Assembly (NCBI RefSeq): GCF_963921235.1
Contig: NC_086103.1
Coordinates: 147,188,001-147,252,000 of the forward strand
Direction: 5' to 3'
Origin: Mobula hypostoma
Taxonomy: Eukaryota
DNA length: 64,000 nt
The notes beneath the pieces were generated by a model. It was not told where the DNA came from. It made no database searches and was given only the letters and a program-made list of their open reading frames with translations. Below are positions 61,421 to 64,000 of this stretch, in pieces. Every line of letters starts with the position of its first letter. Within the stretch, counting starts at the first letter, position 1. The position numbers and the translations under genes were made by a program.

Positions 61421-62365
61421 CTGAGGATGTGTTGGTGACAGTATCGCAAAGGATCCAAGTTAAATCTGGTAAATACCTTTGTTGGCTCCAAGCTAATTGC
61501 ACCGCAGAAAGATCTAGTTGTCCCAGCAGTAACTCTGGGTCTAATTTCTGTCCAGGGAGCGACATCATCCCATGTGTAACAGGAATTGCATTAGGGATGC
61601 AGAGGTGAATCTTGACTGGATATGAGTGTTTGAGTTTTCAATTGATACTATTTAATCTCCTTTTCTCTTCAAAATAAATTAATTTTCTATTGTGAAGCGG
61701 GGAAAAGCAGACGGCACTCTGACTTGAATTCTTAGGGTATTCTTCCTTAGTAAACCCTCTGCCCGTTACATAAAAGGTCAACTTCCTTTAACAATTCTAT
61801 TGATCACTTTCTCAGCCTGTATATGACATTTTAATCAACATAGGCACATAACTGGTTCTTGCACCCCATAATCTGCTTCACATTTCATAATAAATGCCCT
61901 CCAATTTGCTTGTTCTATTAATCCAGAAAATTTATCTTTTTAATTTATTGCTTCTTTCTCCTTTGCTCACTCTTTTGATAAAGTTCGACATGTTGCACAT
62001 GAAAATTGTTCACACATAATCTAAATTATGCTATTTGGTGAAGTGAAAACGATTATTTAAAGGTGGAATAATTCAAACAGCCAAAGAAAACTTTTCAGTT
62101 TATTATCCTGAGCACGTTAAAGCCATAAACCTGGATATATTGAGCATGTGAAGAAATGTGAACATGAGGGAAATGAATGGAGGGATTTATTAACAAATTG
62201 CATTGTTAAACCATTCTTTAGTATCATGAAGTGACTGAATGGCAATAGCACAGAAGGAACTATTCAGCCCTTCAAGTAAATTCTGAGTCTCTGTAGGGCA
62301 ATCCAAACATTTCTTACCCAATCATTCTCCTTAGTCCTACAAATTATAGGGAAATCTACCCACCC

Positions 62366-64000
62366 TGTTGTGTATTTACATTTCAGAAATACCTGAATAA
62401 TATTGTAAATATATTGTCTAATTAAGCATTCTTTGTTGCTTGCATAATCCATTATGCGTTAGATGTAAAAGTACGTGAATGCCATACATCATTATGCCAC
62501 CATGTCATAATTGTGCACCTTCTAAAAGTAAAAACCAAAGTAGAGTACACATGTTTGTCCCTGATTCTCCCGTGTTTTCTTTTGATTAATTTATGAAGTT
62601 ACAAAACATGACAGTGGTGACGAGGAAGTTTTAAATGAACCCGAGATGACTACCTTCCTGTTGAAGCGCAGCAAGACATTTGAGTTTAAACAAAAACACA
62701 GCGTGTGCTTCTTTGGGAAGGGACAGAAACAATTGAGTTAAGAAAAATAAAGCAGAAAAAAGACAAAATTCATGGGTTCATAAACAGTGAGTACTAGATG
62801 ATGGTAATCTTAAAAAATACATTAAAAATGCAGAATGGCTGGCTACATTGGAAGTATAGATGTGTTTGATTGCACAAAAGATAACTGGCTGTTTTATACT
62901 GAGTGAATTGAGCAGTACTTAGAGGCAAATGAAATAGCCAATGTGAAATGAGTGCCAGTTTTCCCAGTTATCTTTTGAGTGCATTGGGTGGAAGAGCATA
63001 TAGTTTGCTTAGAAGTTGACTCCTCCACCAAACCAGCTGAAATGGGCTTGGCTGATATTGTGATATTAAATAAAAATGCCACACCCAAAGCCCATCTGGT
63101 TCCTTATACCACCCGTGATAAAGTAGCCAGTGAGCTACTTCGCATGTAGTTCCTTCCCTACATAGCATGGAAGCTGAAGGAGTTCTTTCTGAGGTTGAGA
63201 GAAGTTTATAGGCAACACCAGTGGTCCCAATAGCCAAGAAAATTGAGTCTGTCAGGATTTGTGGTGATTTTAAGGTCACCATCAACCCAGTGCTGAAAGT
63301 AGATCAATGCCCTCTGCCCAGGATAGAGGATATCTTTGCAAACCTTTCTGGAAGGAAACACTTCAGCAAAGTGGACTTAGTTGAGGCCAACCTACAGATG
63401 GAGATGGAAGAAGAGTCCAATGTGTTTTTCACCATAAACACTCACAGTTTTTATTGCCAAAGGACATGTCACTGTTGCGACCCTTTTTAGGATTTTTCAA
63501 TGACTATAACAGGTTCCTGGCAAAGTTAGCCACTGTGCTCTACCTCTTGAACTCATTACTACAGATTGAGAAGAAGTGATAATGGATGAAACAGTGTGAG
63601 GCGGCTTTCAAAAAAAGCAAAGGAAATGGTGATGATAGACACTGTGCTCACACATTATAATCCACATTGTCTGGTGAAGCTTGCCTGCGATGCCTCACCA
63701 TATGGTGTAGGTGCAGTCATGTCACATGTTATGAGTGATAGTAGTGAACACCCCATAGTCTTTGCATCATGTTCCCTGGCCGCTGAAAATAAAAATTACA
63801 CACAAATTGCCTGGGATGCCTTGGTTCTGGTTTGGGGTGTAAAATGTTTTAACTAGTATGGGAGAGGGTTTACTGATCATCAACCACTAGTGTTCATTTT
63901 CAATCCCTAGAATGGTGTTCCACCAACTGCAGCAGCACAAGTGCAGAGATGGACTCAGTTTCTGGCAAGACACAATTACAAGATCGAATTAAAGAAGACA
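62366..64000 (+). mobile_element. Decayed Ty3/Gypsy LTR retrotransposon running off the window
   Basis: LTR 62366-62613 (TGT...ACA); PBS TGGTGACGAGGA (tRNA-Ser-like); gag start MAGYIGSIDVFD; RT ATPVVP...VRICGDFKVTINP..PLPRIEDIFA.L; RNase H LACDASPYGVGAV. Confidence 0.88.

Noticed and set aside
1-64000. CRISPR arrays, prokaryotic operons, rRNA genes or intact autonomous transposon ORFs
   Set aside because: None seen; the DNA is spliceosomal-intron vertebrate sequence and all TE ORFs are truncated or frameshifted

Overview
Vertebrate nuclear DNA, not prokaryotic. The repeat content (CR1, Rex1/Babar-like LINEs, V-domain SINEs, Penelope-like elements) suggests a cartilaginous fish, probably a ray; that assignment is inference. 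Two spliced genes lie tail-to-tail: GTF3A/TFIIIA (+, 9 coding exons, 13934..37077, nine C2H2 fingers) and MTIF3 (-, 3 coding exons, 40504..37643). Their poly(A) signals cross, so the 3' ends probably overlap. Most of the rest is decayed and often nested transposons, and almost all of the ORF track is TE debris or noise. The most unusual signal is a family of short Penelope-like fold-back insertions with 11-15 bp target-site duplications (TSDs). They carry about 14 copies or remnants of a minimal hammerhead ribozyme (AGTC-CTGAYGA-stem II-GAAAC-GTC-GACT). Many insertion breakpoints fall in or beside the ribozyme, and the catalytic G12 is repeatedly lost by CpG decay. Other points of interest are a 1.4-kb Gypsy mini-element, composite hAT elements, and two N-gaps at the same position in two Tigger copies.
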